DNA of 32,000 nt from Candidatus Brocadia sp. (GCA_021650915.1 CP091279.1:3540001-3572000), one strand, 5' to 3'. Shown: positions 19,283 through 27,491, counted from the first letter of the stretch. The notes: generated by a model not told the origin, from the sequence alone. Made by a program: numbers and translations.

Positions 19283-20857
19283 ATGATCGACCTCCACAAC
19301 TATCCCCAGGATTGTTTTTCACCGGTCTATCAACAGGTGGTGGGCTTCTGTTGTGAAAAAGCCGCAGGGGCAAATGGCCCTTTGCCCTTACAAGTTCTGG
19401 AAGGTACGGAAAGGCTCATCAAGGAAGAGCTTGTTCGGTGTGTCTGGTTCGGGCAACATATCAAAAAGGATAAGCTTTTTACCGACGATGGCTCGCGCAT
19501 CGAAATTCTTTCGCCCGGCTGGTGGAACTCTGAAGGTGGACCCGATTTCAAACACGCAGAGATCCTCCTGGAAGGCAAGGGACTCCTCAAGGGCGACGTC
19601 GAGGTGCATGTGCTTTCATCCGACTGGAAACGGCATCAGCACGAAAAGCAAAATACGTATAACACCGTATGTCTGCACGTTGTTATGTGGAATGATAATG
19701 AGGAAGCATATATTAAAAATTGCAGCGGACAATGCATTTCCCAGATAACGCTCTCCAAATATTTAGACGCGGAACTGGACGACCTGATAGAGATGATTGA
19801 CGTTGAATCCTATCTGAAAGGAAAGAAGATAAATCCCGGACATTGTCAGGCAGAAGTAGAAAAACAGAAGGTGAAGGAGCAGGGGATTGGTCTTTTTCTC
19901 GATTATGCCGGTGACGAGCGCATTCTTCAGAAGGCACAACGGTATGAACAATGGGTAGAGAAAAGCCCCTTTGAACAAGCGCTCTACGAAGCGATTATGG
20001 AATCGCTGGGATACAAGAACAATAAGGAGCCGTTCTTAACGTTAGCCTCCCGTGTGCCGCTTGAAGATATCCGGTATTTCATCCCGGAAGACGCTGCTGT
20101 TGAAAGGAAAAAGATAGCGATACAGTCGCTTCTCCTGGGCTCGGCCGGTTTGTTGCCGCAAGAGGAGAATGCACCATCGTACGACAACGAAACGGCGGCG
20201 TACCTCAGTGATGTTAAAGAGGCATGGCGTGAATTCCAAAAGAAAAGAAACCGGGATCCGCTGACAAGGCATGACTGGAACTATGCGGGGATCAGACCTG
20301 CAAATTTCCCCGAAAGAAGGATTGCAGCCATGGCCAATATCCTTTCTGAAGGTTCGTCTCTCAGCATCTTCCGAAACATCTTATGGATAGTTGAAAAGGC
20401 TGAAAATTACCGGGAAGAGCATACCATCATTAAGATGTTACCGGAAAATATCCTTGCCCTCTTTCTGAATGTTTCCGATCCCTATTGGTCGTATCATTAT
20501 ACCATGCAGGGGAAGAAACTGGCTAAGCCCGTTACCTTGCTGGGAAAAGAAAGGGCTTCCCATATATTCATCAATGTTATTATTCCCATCCTGCTGGTCT
20601 ATGCCCGAAGGCACGGGAACACAAAAATAGAAAAAATGCTCCATCTTATGTACCGAAACTATACTCCCCTTCCCGGCACCAGCGTGACGAAATTCATGTG
20701 CAGTCGTATCTTTGGAAAACCTGATACGGCAAAAAAACTTATTACCTCTGCCAGGAGACAACAGGGATTATATCAAATCTTTAAGGATTTTTGTGAAAAC
20801 GACAACATGAGCTGCAATAAGTGCGCCTTGTATTTATCTGTGGTTAAAAACTCGTGA
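19283..20857 (+). CDS. DUF2851-family protein of unknown function
   Basis: 524 aa. The N-terminal block LSPGWWNSEGGPDFKHAEILLEGKGLLKGDVEVHVLSSDWKRHQHEKQNTYNTVCLHVVMWND matches my memory of DUF2851. Not verified. Confidence 0.65.
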   Translation: MIDLHNYPQDCFSPVYQQVVGFCCEKAAGANGPLPLQVLEGTERLIKEELVRCVWFGQHIKKDKLFTDDGSRIEILSPGWWNSEGGPDFKHAEILLEGKGLLKGDVEVHVLSSDWKRHQHEKQNTYNTVCLHVVMWNDNEEAYIKNCSGQCISQITLSKYLDAELDDLIEMIDVESYLKGKKINPGHCQAEVEKQKVKEQGIGLFLDYAGDERILQKAQRYEQWVEKSPFEQALYEAIMESLGYKNNKEPFLTLASRVPLEDIRYFIPEDAAVERKKIAIQSLLLGSAGLLPQEENAPSYDNETAAYLSDVKEAWREFQKKRNRDPLTRHDWNYAGIRPANFPERRIAAMANILSEGSSLSIFRNILWIVEKAENYREEHTIIKMLPENILALFLNVSDPYWSYHYTMQGKKLAKPVTLLGKERASHIFINVIIPILLVYARRHGNTKIEKMLHLMYRNYTPLPGTSVTKFMCSRIFGKPDTAKKLITSARRQQGLYQIFKDFCENDNMSCNKCALYLSVVKNS

Positions 20858-20879
20858 GGCAGGCAAAAAAACGGTTGAA

Positions 20880-21533
20880 ATGAAAAAGCTCAAATTCTTT
20901 CTGGTGGGGATTCTGGGAGCCTGGTTCATAAGATTGCTGGCCTTTACCATCCGCATTCAGGATAATCCCAGGGGATTTAATAAAAAAATCACCAACACCC
21001 ACGCTATTTACACCTTCTGGCACTGCCTGATGCTTATCCCTGCCTATGTGGGTCGCCACAGAAACATACAGGTACTCATCAGCCAGCACTCCGATGGCGA
21101 ATATATCGCACAGGTAATAAAAAGGCTTGGTTTCGGTGTCATACGAGGATCAACCACACGGGGCGGCGCCCGTGCAGTAAAGGGCATGATTAATAAGATT
21201 CGGGAAGGATATCCGATTGCAATTACACCGGACGGTCCACGCGGCCCCCGATGCATTGTTCAACCAGGATGCATCTACCTCAGCCAAAAAGCGAGGCTCC
21301 CGATTATTCCTGCGACGATTGGATTGTCCCGTTACTGGAAGCTTCCCAGTTGGGATCAATTCCGCATCCCGAAGCCATTTTCCCGTGCATTGATGATGTA
21401 TGGCGATCCTATCCACATCCCACCCAGGCTTACTGAGGAAGAATCAGAGCGCTACCGGCTTCTGATAGAAAACCGTATGAATGAAATGACAGAAAAGGCG
21501 GATGCCTTAGTCCGGAAACGAAAGCCGGCTTAG
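20880..21533 (+). CDS. DUF374 / lysophospholipid-acyltransferase-like protein
   Basis: 217 aa with an N-terminal TM segment and FWHCLMLIPAYVG...VLISQHSDGEYIAQVIKRLGFGVIRGSTTRGGARAV...ITPDGPRGPR. Confidence 0.7.
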   Translation: MKKLKFFLVGILGAWFIRLLAFTIRIQDNPRGFNKKITNTHAIYTFWHCLMLIPAYVGRHRNIQVLISQHSDGEYIAQVIKRLGFGVIRGSTTRGGARAVKGMINKIREGYPIAITPDGPRGPRCIVQPGCIYLSQKARLPIIPATIGLSRYWKLPSWDQFRIPKPFSRALMMYGDPIHIPPRLTEEESERYRLLIENRMNEMTEKADALVRKRKPA

Positions 21534-21536
21534 GTT

Positions 21537-22217
21537 TTATTTACCGGTAAAACGAAACGCTGTGGCAAAACCGCTCCGCCCGTCATAATTCCATTCCCGA
21601 TTACCCTCCTGGAATCGATGGGTGGCGGCCTTTCCCATGTTCAGCGCCATATCAAACTCCTTCGCCCAGAGCGAAAAATTTTTGTTTACAATCTGGGTTG
21701 GTTTGCCGGGATCTCCTACCCCGCGCAGTAATTCAATGTCTAAAGTCAGATTATTGGCTGCAATCGCCTTCTTGCGCCAGGGGGAAGACTCCACGTGAAG
21801 CGGTACATATCTTACGGTAATCCTGTCGTGAGGAACTTTTGCAAAACGAAATACATGGTTTTTAAAGATGTCCAATAATGCATTCTTCTGGACGGCTGCG
21901 GCCTTTTCATCGAGATAAAAGACGATCCAGTTTTTATCAGGTTGTGCCGTTAAGTCCGTTATGCCAATTACGGTCTGGCCATCCAACGTATGTTGACCGT
22001 AATTTCCCGTTCGAATGTGAAAGACACCGCTGATCTTGCACGTTTTATTATGGGTCGGCTCGCTCCCAAAGAGGCACGGGCAGCCGGGATTGCAGGTGCA
22101 TCCCTCAAAATATTCACCTTCGATTGACCAGGCGGGCTCGGCAACGACCGCACGGCCAAACCAACACAACAAGATGGAAACGATACATCCAGCGAACAAA
22201 GATCGATTCAGAAACAT
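21537..22217 (-). CDS. Secreted DUF1326-family protein
   Basis: 226 aa with a signal peptide (MFLNRSLFAGCIVSILLCWFGRAVVA). DUF1326 core: WSIEGEYFEGCTCNPGCPCLFGSEPTHNKTCKISGVFHIRTGNYGQHTLDG. SD aaggagg. Confidence 0.65.
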   Translation of the reverse strand: MFLNRSLFAGCIVSILLCWFGRAVVAEPAWSIEGEYFEGCTCNPGCPCLFGSEPTHNKTCKISGVFHIRTGNYGQHTLDGQTVIGITDLTAQPDKNWIVFYLDEKAAAVQKNALLDIFKNHVFRFAKVPHDRITVRYVPLHVESSPWRKKAIAANNLTLDIELLRGVGDPGKPTQIVNKNFSLWAKEFDMALNMGKAATHRFQEGNREWNYDGRSGFATAFRFTGK

Positions 22218-22408
22218 AGTTCAGCTCCTCCTTCCCCTGGTGAAATGAGATATCAAACCGGACACAGATCTACAAACGTGCCGTCTTTCCTATCCTTCGG
22301 CAGTCGTTTGTCTTTGGAATTTCGCTAGCATAATCGGACAAGCGCTCTTTTTCAAGAATTATAGAGCCTGCGCATAAACCGAAAGACAAACCATTCAAAG
22401 GCGGAAAT

Positions 22409-22587
22409 GCATAGCGCAGCAAGGCCGCAACCAATTCTCCGTTGTGAAAGCGGGGAGATTGCTTCGGAAAAGGCCCTCGCAATGACAGCGACCATGCACT
22501 TTGATGGCACACGGCATGTTGTCATTGCGAGTGAAGCGAAGCAATCCTTCTCTTATAAATAAACAGTACCTTCTGACAAGGGATAAA
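22409..22587 (-). repeat. Long-hairpin repeat, copy A, proximal part (interrupted by IS copy 1)
   Basis: The reverse complement aligns with 27071-27250 and 31725-31900, including the core gattgcttcgcttcactcgcaatgaca...tgtcattgcgagggccttttccgaagcaatc. Confidence 0.8.
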
Positions 22588-24440
22588 TAGTGTTTGAACG
22601 GAAACCCCCCAGAGCCCTGTAAAGTAAGGAGAAGCTGGTGAAAAATGTTCATGAAAGTCATTGAATTTTTTCGGGTAAAAGGGTAAAATATGGCGAAAAT
22701 GAAGGGATTCTGGGTATAAAGAGTCCAAATATTCGGTTCATTAACCCACTAGCCAAAGGACATTCGATAGAAGATGAGAAAGAGATTTGAGCAGCAATTG
22801 AAGCTTGGCATCATACCCATTTCAGGGGTAAAACTGCCAATAAAGAGTCGAGATGAGCTACCACCGATACTGAGGGCGTTGCAACATATCTATGTTACAC
22901 CGGAGTTGAACGAGGAGGTATTCCGGATATTAGAGGCGAAGGTAACGAAGGGGAAGAAAAAGACGGGAAGATATGGGATGGATTTATGGCATATTTTGGT
23001 GTTGTCGGTGGTAAGATTAGGGTTAGATGCCGATTATGACAGGTTGGAGGATTTTGCCAACCATCACAAACTTATCAGGCAGATAATGGGGGTTGAGACG
23101 GCATTTGGAGAGGCGAAGGTTTTTTCGATGCAGAGCATCAAGGACAATATAAGATTGTTGGATGAGGAGACCCTCAGGCAGATAAATGAAGTGGTGATAT
23201 CATCGGGGCATCAGTTGGTTAAAAAAAAGGACGAAGGACTGTGTATTAAGGTGGATACGTATGTGTTAGAGACGAATGTACACTTTCCGACCGATATGAA
23301 TTTATTGTGGGATGCGGGACGCAAGAGTCTGGACATGATAGAGGATGCAATAGAGGAAGGCATCCTGGCGGGGAAAGGATGGCGCAAGAGCAAATATTGG
23401 AGGAGAGAGTTAAAAAAGCTGATGAGGATAAGCGCAAAGGCGTCAAGCAGCGGGGGGAAAAACAAGGAAGAGCATGTGAGGAGTTACTTGGAATTATCGA
23501 GGGGTTTGAGTGAAAAGATAGGAGCGAGTCTGTTAGCCATCTACGAAAAGGTGCTAACGACGAACCAGGTAGACAAGCATGCAGGGAAAATAGGGACACT
23601 GGAGTATTTTCACGGGATGTTGAATAAACAGATAGACCTGGTGGAGAGAAGGGTGATCCGGGATGAGGTAATACCGGCGGCAGAAAAGGTTCATTCGTTG
23701 TTTGAGCCGCATACGGAGTGGCTGTACAAAGGCAAGTCAAACAAAAGGGTAGAGTTGGGACATAATATTCTGGTAGCAAGCGATCAGTGGGGTTTCATCG
23801 TGGACCATGTGGTAGGAGAAAAACAGGCGGATGTATCGTTGGTAATTCCATTGGCAGATAGGTTGTTGAGCCGTTACGGAGAAGGCACAATAAAGAGTAT
23901 AAGTTTTGATAAAGGTTTTTACAAGAAAGAGAATAAAGAGTTGCTGAGTTTGTATATACCAGAGGTAATCCTTCCCAAGAAGGGCAAGAAGAATAAGGCG
24001 GAACAGGAAGAGGAATCGGGTAAGACATTTAAGAAGCTAAGGCACAAGCACTCGGCGGTAGAATCGGATATCAATCGTTTGGAGCATCACGGCTTGGATA
24101 GGTGTCCGGACAAAGGGCTGCATGCCTTTAAAAGATATTGTGCAATGGGCGTGTTAGCTGCGAATTTGCACAAGCTGGGAAACGTGCTGCAGGAGAAGGC
24201 ACGGAAGCAGTGCGAAAAGTTGCGAAAAGCCGCCTAAGCAAGCAAAAAACACGAAGAAAAACAGTCTGCCGGGAGGCAGGTACGCCCAGACAAGGCTAAA
24301 ATAAAGGGGAAAACAAGGGAAATATGTAAAAGAACAGTATTTTTGCCAAAAACCCTAATCTCAAATCTTAAAATTATCTATTGGTAAATAGAAAATCGAC
24401 CTCGCACTTTTACAAAAAGTGCGTTTTCGTTCAGACACTA
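22588..24440 (+). mobile_element. 1853-bp insertion sequence, copy 1 (IS5/IS1182-like DDE type; family unverified)
   Basis: Identity with the inverted copy starts at TAGTGT and ends at ACACTA. Imperfect 18-bp TIRs: TAGTGTTTGAACGGAAAC / TAGTGTCTGAACGAAAAC. It interrupts repeat copy A, which resumes at 24445. Confidence 0.85.
22774..24237 (+). CDS. DDE transposase (IS4/IS5-superfamily-like, InsH-like N-terminal region)
   Basis: 487 aa. N-terminal GRYGMDLWHILVLSVVRLGLDADYDRLEDFANHHKLIRQIMGV resembles the IS5/IS1182 N-domain. Candidate catalytic residues lie in KVDTYVLETNVHFPTD, ISFDKGFY and HSAVESDINRLEHHGL. Confidence 0.8.
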   Translation: MRKRFEQQLKLGIIPISGVKLPIKSRDELPPILRALQHIYVTPELNEEVFRILEAKVTKGKKKTGRYGMDLWHILVLSVVRLGLDADYDRLEDFANHHKLIRQIMGVETAFGEAKVFSMQSIKDNIRLLDEETLRQINEVVISSGHQLVKKKDEGLCIKVDTYVLETNVHFPTDMNLLWDAGRKSLDMIEDAIEEGILAGKGWRKSKYWRRELKKLMRISAKASSSGGKNKEEHVRSYLELSRGLSEKIGASLLAIYEKVLTTNQVDKHAGKIGTLEYFHGMLNKQIDLVERRVIRDEVIPAAEKVHSLFEPHTEWLYKGKSNKRVELGHNILVASDQWGFIVDHVVGEKQADVSLVIPLADRLLSRYGEGTIKSISFDKGFYKKENKELLSLYIPEVILPKKGKKNKAEQEEESGKTFKKLRHKHSAVESDINRLEHHGLDRCPDKGLHAFKRYCAMGVLAANLHKLGNVLQEKARKQCEKLRKAA

Positions 24441-24444
24441 AATA

Positions 24445-24510
24445 GGGTTGCGAGAAAACTTGCAAAAAAAGAAAGCTTTTATACGGTAATACTCGAGTGG
24501 GTGAGCGCAT
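24445..24510 (-). repeat. Long-hairpin repeat, copy A, distal part
   Basis: gggttgcgagaaaacttgcaaaaaaagaaagcttttatacggtaatactcgagtg aligns with the reverse complement of 27021-27080. Confidence 0.7.
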
Positions 24511-24684
24511 GGATGACCCCGTTGAAAAGCCTCTAAAATTGGGAACGGACAGACACGGACGTTTTGGTTTTTAAAATGCAAAAAGGAGACGATTTTTCGC
24601 CCAGTAATATTTATTAATGAATGAAAAACACGAAGAAAAAAATGAGTTAAATATTTTTTATGAGATACGATACATGAGAGTAAA

Positions 24685-26537
24685 TAGTGTCTGAACGAAA
24701 ACGCACTTTTTGTAAAAGTGCGAGGTCGATTTTCTATTTACCAATAGATAATTTTAAGATTTGAGATTAGGGTTTTTGGCAAAAATACTGTTCTTTTACA
24801 TATTTCCCTTGTTTTCCCCTTTATTTTAGCCTTGTCTGGGCGTACCTGCCTCCCGGCAGACTGTTTTTCTTCGTGTTTTTTGCTTGCTTAGGCGGCTTTT
24901 CGCAACTTTTCGCACTGCTTCCGTGCCTTCTCCTGCAGCACGTTTCCCAGCTTGTGCAAATTCGCAGCTAACACGCCCATTGCACAATATCTTTTAAAGG
25001 CATGCAGCCCTTTGTCCGGACACCTATCCAAGCCGTGATGCTCCAAACGATTGATATCCGATTCTACCGCCGAGTGCTTGTGCCTTAGCTTCTTAAATGT
25101 CTTACCCGATTCCTCTTCCTGTTCCGCCTTATTCTTCTTGCCCTTCTTGGGAAGGATTACCTCTGGTATATACAAACTCAGCAACTCTTTATTCTCTTTC
25201 TTGTAAAAACCTTTATCAAAACTTATACTCTTTATTGTGCCTTCTCCGTAACGGCTCAACAACCTATCTGCCAATGGAATTACCAACGATACATCCGCCT
25301 GTTTTTCTCCTACCACATGGTCCACGATGAAACCCCACTGATCGCTTGCTACCAGAATATTATGTCCCAACTCTACCCTTTTGTTTGACTTGCCTTTGTA
25401 CAGCCACTCCGTATGCGGCTCAAACAACGAATGAACCTTTTCTGCCGCCGGTATTACCTCATCCCGGATCACCCTTCTCTCCACCAGGTCTATCTGTTTA
25501 TTCAACATCCCGTGAAAATACTCCAGTGTCCCTATTTTCCCTGCATGCTTGTCTACCTGGTTCGTCGTTAGCACCTTTTCGTAGATGGCTAACAGACTCG
25601 CTCCTATCTTTTCACTCAAACCCCTCGATAATTCCAAGTAACTCCTCACATGCTCTTCCTTGTTTTTCCCCCCGCTGCTTGACGCCTTTGCGCTTATCCT
25701 CATCAGCTTTTTTAACTCTCTCCTCCAATATTTGCTCTTGCGCCATCCTTTCCCCGCCAGGATGCCTTCCTCTATTGCATCCTCTATCATGTCCAGACTC
25801 TTGCGTCCCGCATCCCACAATAAATTCATATCGGTCGGAAAGTGTACATTCGTCTCTAACACATACGTATCCACCTTAATACACAGTCCTTCGTCCTTTT
25901 TTTTAACCAACTGATGCCCCGATGATATCACCACTTCATTTATCTGCCTGAGGGTCTCCTCATCCAACAATCTTATATTGTCCTTGATGCTCTGCATCGA
26001 AAAAACCTTCGCCTCTCCAAATGCCGTCTCAACCCCCATTATCTGCCTGATAAGTTTGTGATGGTTGGCAAAATCCTCCAACCTGTCATAATCGGCATCT
26101 AACCCTAATCTTACCACCGACAACACCAAAATATGCCATAAATCCATCCCATATCTTCCCGTCTTTTTCTTCCCCTTCGTTACCTTCGCCTCTAATATCC
26201 GGAATACCTCCTCGTTCAACTCCGGTGTAACATAGATATGTTGCAACGCCCTCAGTATCGGTGGTAGCTCATCTCGACTCTTTATTGGCAGTTTTACCCC
26301 TGAAATGGGTATGATGCCAAGCTTCAATTGCTGCTCAAATCTCTTTCTCATCTTCTATCGAATGTCCTTTGGCTAGTGGGTTAATGAACCGAATATTTGG
26401 ACTCTTTATACCCAGAATCCCTTCATTTTCGCCATATTTTACCCTTTTACCCGAAAAAATTCAATGACTTTCATGAACATTTTTCACCAGCTTCTCCTTA
26501 CTTTACAGGGCTCTGGGGGGTTTCCGTTCAAACACTA
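24685..26537 (-). mobile_element. 1853-bp insertion sequence, copy 2 (inverted, identical to copy 1)
   Basis: The reverse complement matched copy 1 at every stretch I compared: both untranslated ends base by base, and the coding region through identical sense and antisense ORF translations. Confidence 0.85.
24888..26351 (-). CDS. DDE transposase, identical second copy
   Basis: The 487-aa translation is identical to 22774..24237. Confidence 0.8.
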   Translation of the reverse strand: MRKRFEQQLKLGIIPISGVKLPIKSRDELPPILRALQHIYVTPELNEEVFRILEAKVTKGKKKTGRYGMDLWHILVLSVVRLGLDADYDRLEDFANHHKLIRQIMGVETAFGEAKVFSMQSIKDNIRLLDEETLRQINEVVISSGHQLVKKKDEGLCIKVDTYVLETNVHFPTDMNLLWDAGRKSLDMIEDAIEEGILAGKGWRKSKYWRRELKKLMRISAKASSSGGKNKEEHVRSYLELSRGLSEKIGASLLAIYEKVLTTNQVDKHAGKIGTLEYFHGMLNKQIDLVERRVIRDEVIPAAEKVHSLFEPHTEWLYKGKSNKRVELGHNILVASDQWGFIVDHVVGEKQADVSLVIPLADRLLSRYGEGTIKSISFDKGFYKKENKELLSLYIPEVILPKKGKKNKAEQEEESGKTFKKLRHKHSAVESDINRLEHHGLDRCPDKGLHAFKRYCAMGVLAANLHKLGNVLQEKARKQCEKLRKAA

Positions 26538-26606
26538 AATATTGAAACAATAATAAGCAGGACAATCAACGAAAAAAGTATTTAGTTATCTGCTGTTATT
26601 ATTTGC

Positions 26607-26636
26607 TTGACACCGATTGTTAGAGCAATATATAGT
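26607..26636 (+). promoter_or_regulatory. Sigma70-like promoter
   Basis: TTGACA (26607-26612), a 16-nt spacer, then TATATA (26629-26634); alternatively an 18-nt spacer to TATAGT. It lies in an AT-rich region just outside the IS copy 2 end. Confidence 0.45.
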
Positions 26637-26686
26637 GCACATAATTCACGCTCTTCACGAAGACATTGTCAACAACACCACGATAG

Positions 26687-26837
26687 AGCGACAAAGGCAA
26701 ACCCTGAGCGATCAGGGGGCGCAAAGTGATAGGGTCTTTCTGTGTACAAGGAAGTAAGGCTGAATAAAACAGGGACACATTGATGCGTTTCTGTTGCTGA
26801 GAAAGGGATGGGAATGAGAAGAGACAGCCTTGCTGCC
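26687..26837 (+). promoter_or_regulatory. Candidate c-di-GMP-I (GEMM-I)-like riboswitch aptamer
   Basis: 26693-26726 reads AAAGGCAAACC-CUGA-GCGA-UCAG-GGGGCGCAAAG. It parallels the V. cholerae Vc2 5' half as I recall it (CAGGGCAAACC-AUUC-GAAA-GAGU-GGGACGCAAAG), with a compensated hairpin and a retained GNRA loop. The candidate 3' strand AGCCUUGCUGCC (26826-26837) resembles AGCCGGGUUGCC. The P3 region appears expanded and I could not fold it with confidence. Confidence 0.45.
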
Positions 26838-26875
26838 GAAGGTATTGAAGGGGAGATTGGTGGTAAGGCTTTTTT
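26826..26875 (+). terminator. Intrinsic terminator, candidate riboswitch expression platform
   Basis: 12-bp stem AGCCUUGCUGCC (26826-26837) pairs with GGUGGUAAGGCU (26859-26870) through 9 Watson-Crick and 3 G-U pairs. The loop is 21 nt, followed by U5-6. Confidence 0.55.
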
Positions 26876-26914
26876 CGTTTGAACAAAAATGGTAACGATG
26901 TAGTTTTTAGAAAA

Positions 26915-27277
26915 ATCCCGAAGGGATGACATGATTATAGAAAAAACCCACCATCCTATTCAACCCCGCAGGGGTGAAATAGCGATACTACGCCACTCCT
27001 ACAGGGTTAACCATAATTGCATGACACTATAGTATTACCCAGTAAAAACTTCTTTTTTTGTAAGTTTTTTCACAAACCCCTTTCAAGAGGTACCGTTTTT
27101 TATGAGTGAAAGATTGCTTCGCTTCACTCGCAATGACAACGTGCCGTGTACCATCAAAGTGCATGGTCGCTGTCATTGCGAGGGGCCTTTTCCGAAGCAA
27201 TCTCCCGTTTTCATAAAGGAAATTTGGTTGTGGCTGTGCTGCTGCGCTAGGCTATAATCATGACATCTCTTCGGGAT
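26915..27277 (+). mobile_element. 363-bp MITE-like composite element, copy B (order TIR-X-Y-TIR)
   Basis: 26-bp inverted termini atcccgaagggatgacatgattatag (26915-26940) and ctataatcatgacatctcttcgggat (27252-27277) match at 24/26. It contains module X (26941-27018) and long-hairpin module Y (27019-27250). No ORF of credible coding character. Confidence 0.7.
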
Positions 27278-27491
27278 TACAGAATCAATATTTTGTTCAC
27301 TCGTAGTGATTGTGAGCGAAAGCACGCTGATGATGGGTTAAGCCTGTCCTGTGTCTGCGAAGGGAGCGAAGATTCGCTGCGTACAAATACCGTGAAAGAC
27401 GGATTTTGTGTACAACCAAGCAGTTTTTTTCGAAAGTTCAGTCATGATTGTAAAAGTCTTCTGGTAAAAACGAGAAAAGGAGGGAAGGGGT

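Noticed and set aside
18801-19373. 190-aa minus-strand ORF overlapping the ileS 3' end and the DUF2851 start.
   Set aside because: It overlaps two supported plus-strand genes, has no SD and has no recognisable family features.
22270-22728. Track ORFs (80, 88 and 68 aa) on the minus strand, and their look-alikes at 31678..31902 and 31797..31997, some with identical N-termini (MCHQSAWSLSLRGPFPKQSP).
   Set aside because: They are translations of the hairpin repeat family and of the IS left end. The similarity between them reflects DNA repeats rather than a conserved protein.
23246-23779. 177-aa ORF antisense to the IS transposase (mirrored at 25346..25879), plus other antisense ORFs inside both IS copies.
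   Set aside because: The composition is Pro/Ser/Leu-rich and low-complexity, there is no SD, and the ORFs lie entirely within the opposite strand of a well-supported transposase gene. They are duplicated only because the IS is duplicated.
26620-26932. Two overlapping minus-strand ORFs (88 and 87 aa) across the putative riboswitch region.
   Set aside because: They have no SD, overlap each other in different frames and have odd composition. The region is better explained by the promoter, structured-RNA and terminator features on the plus strand.
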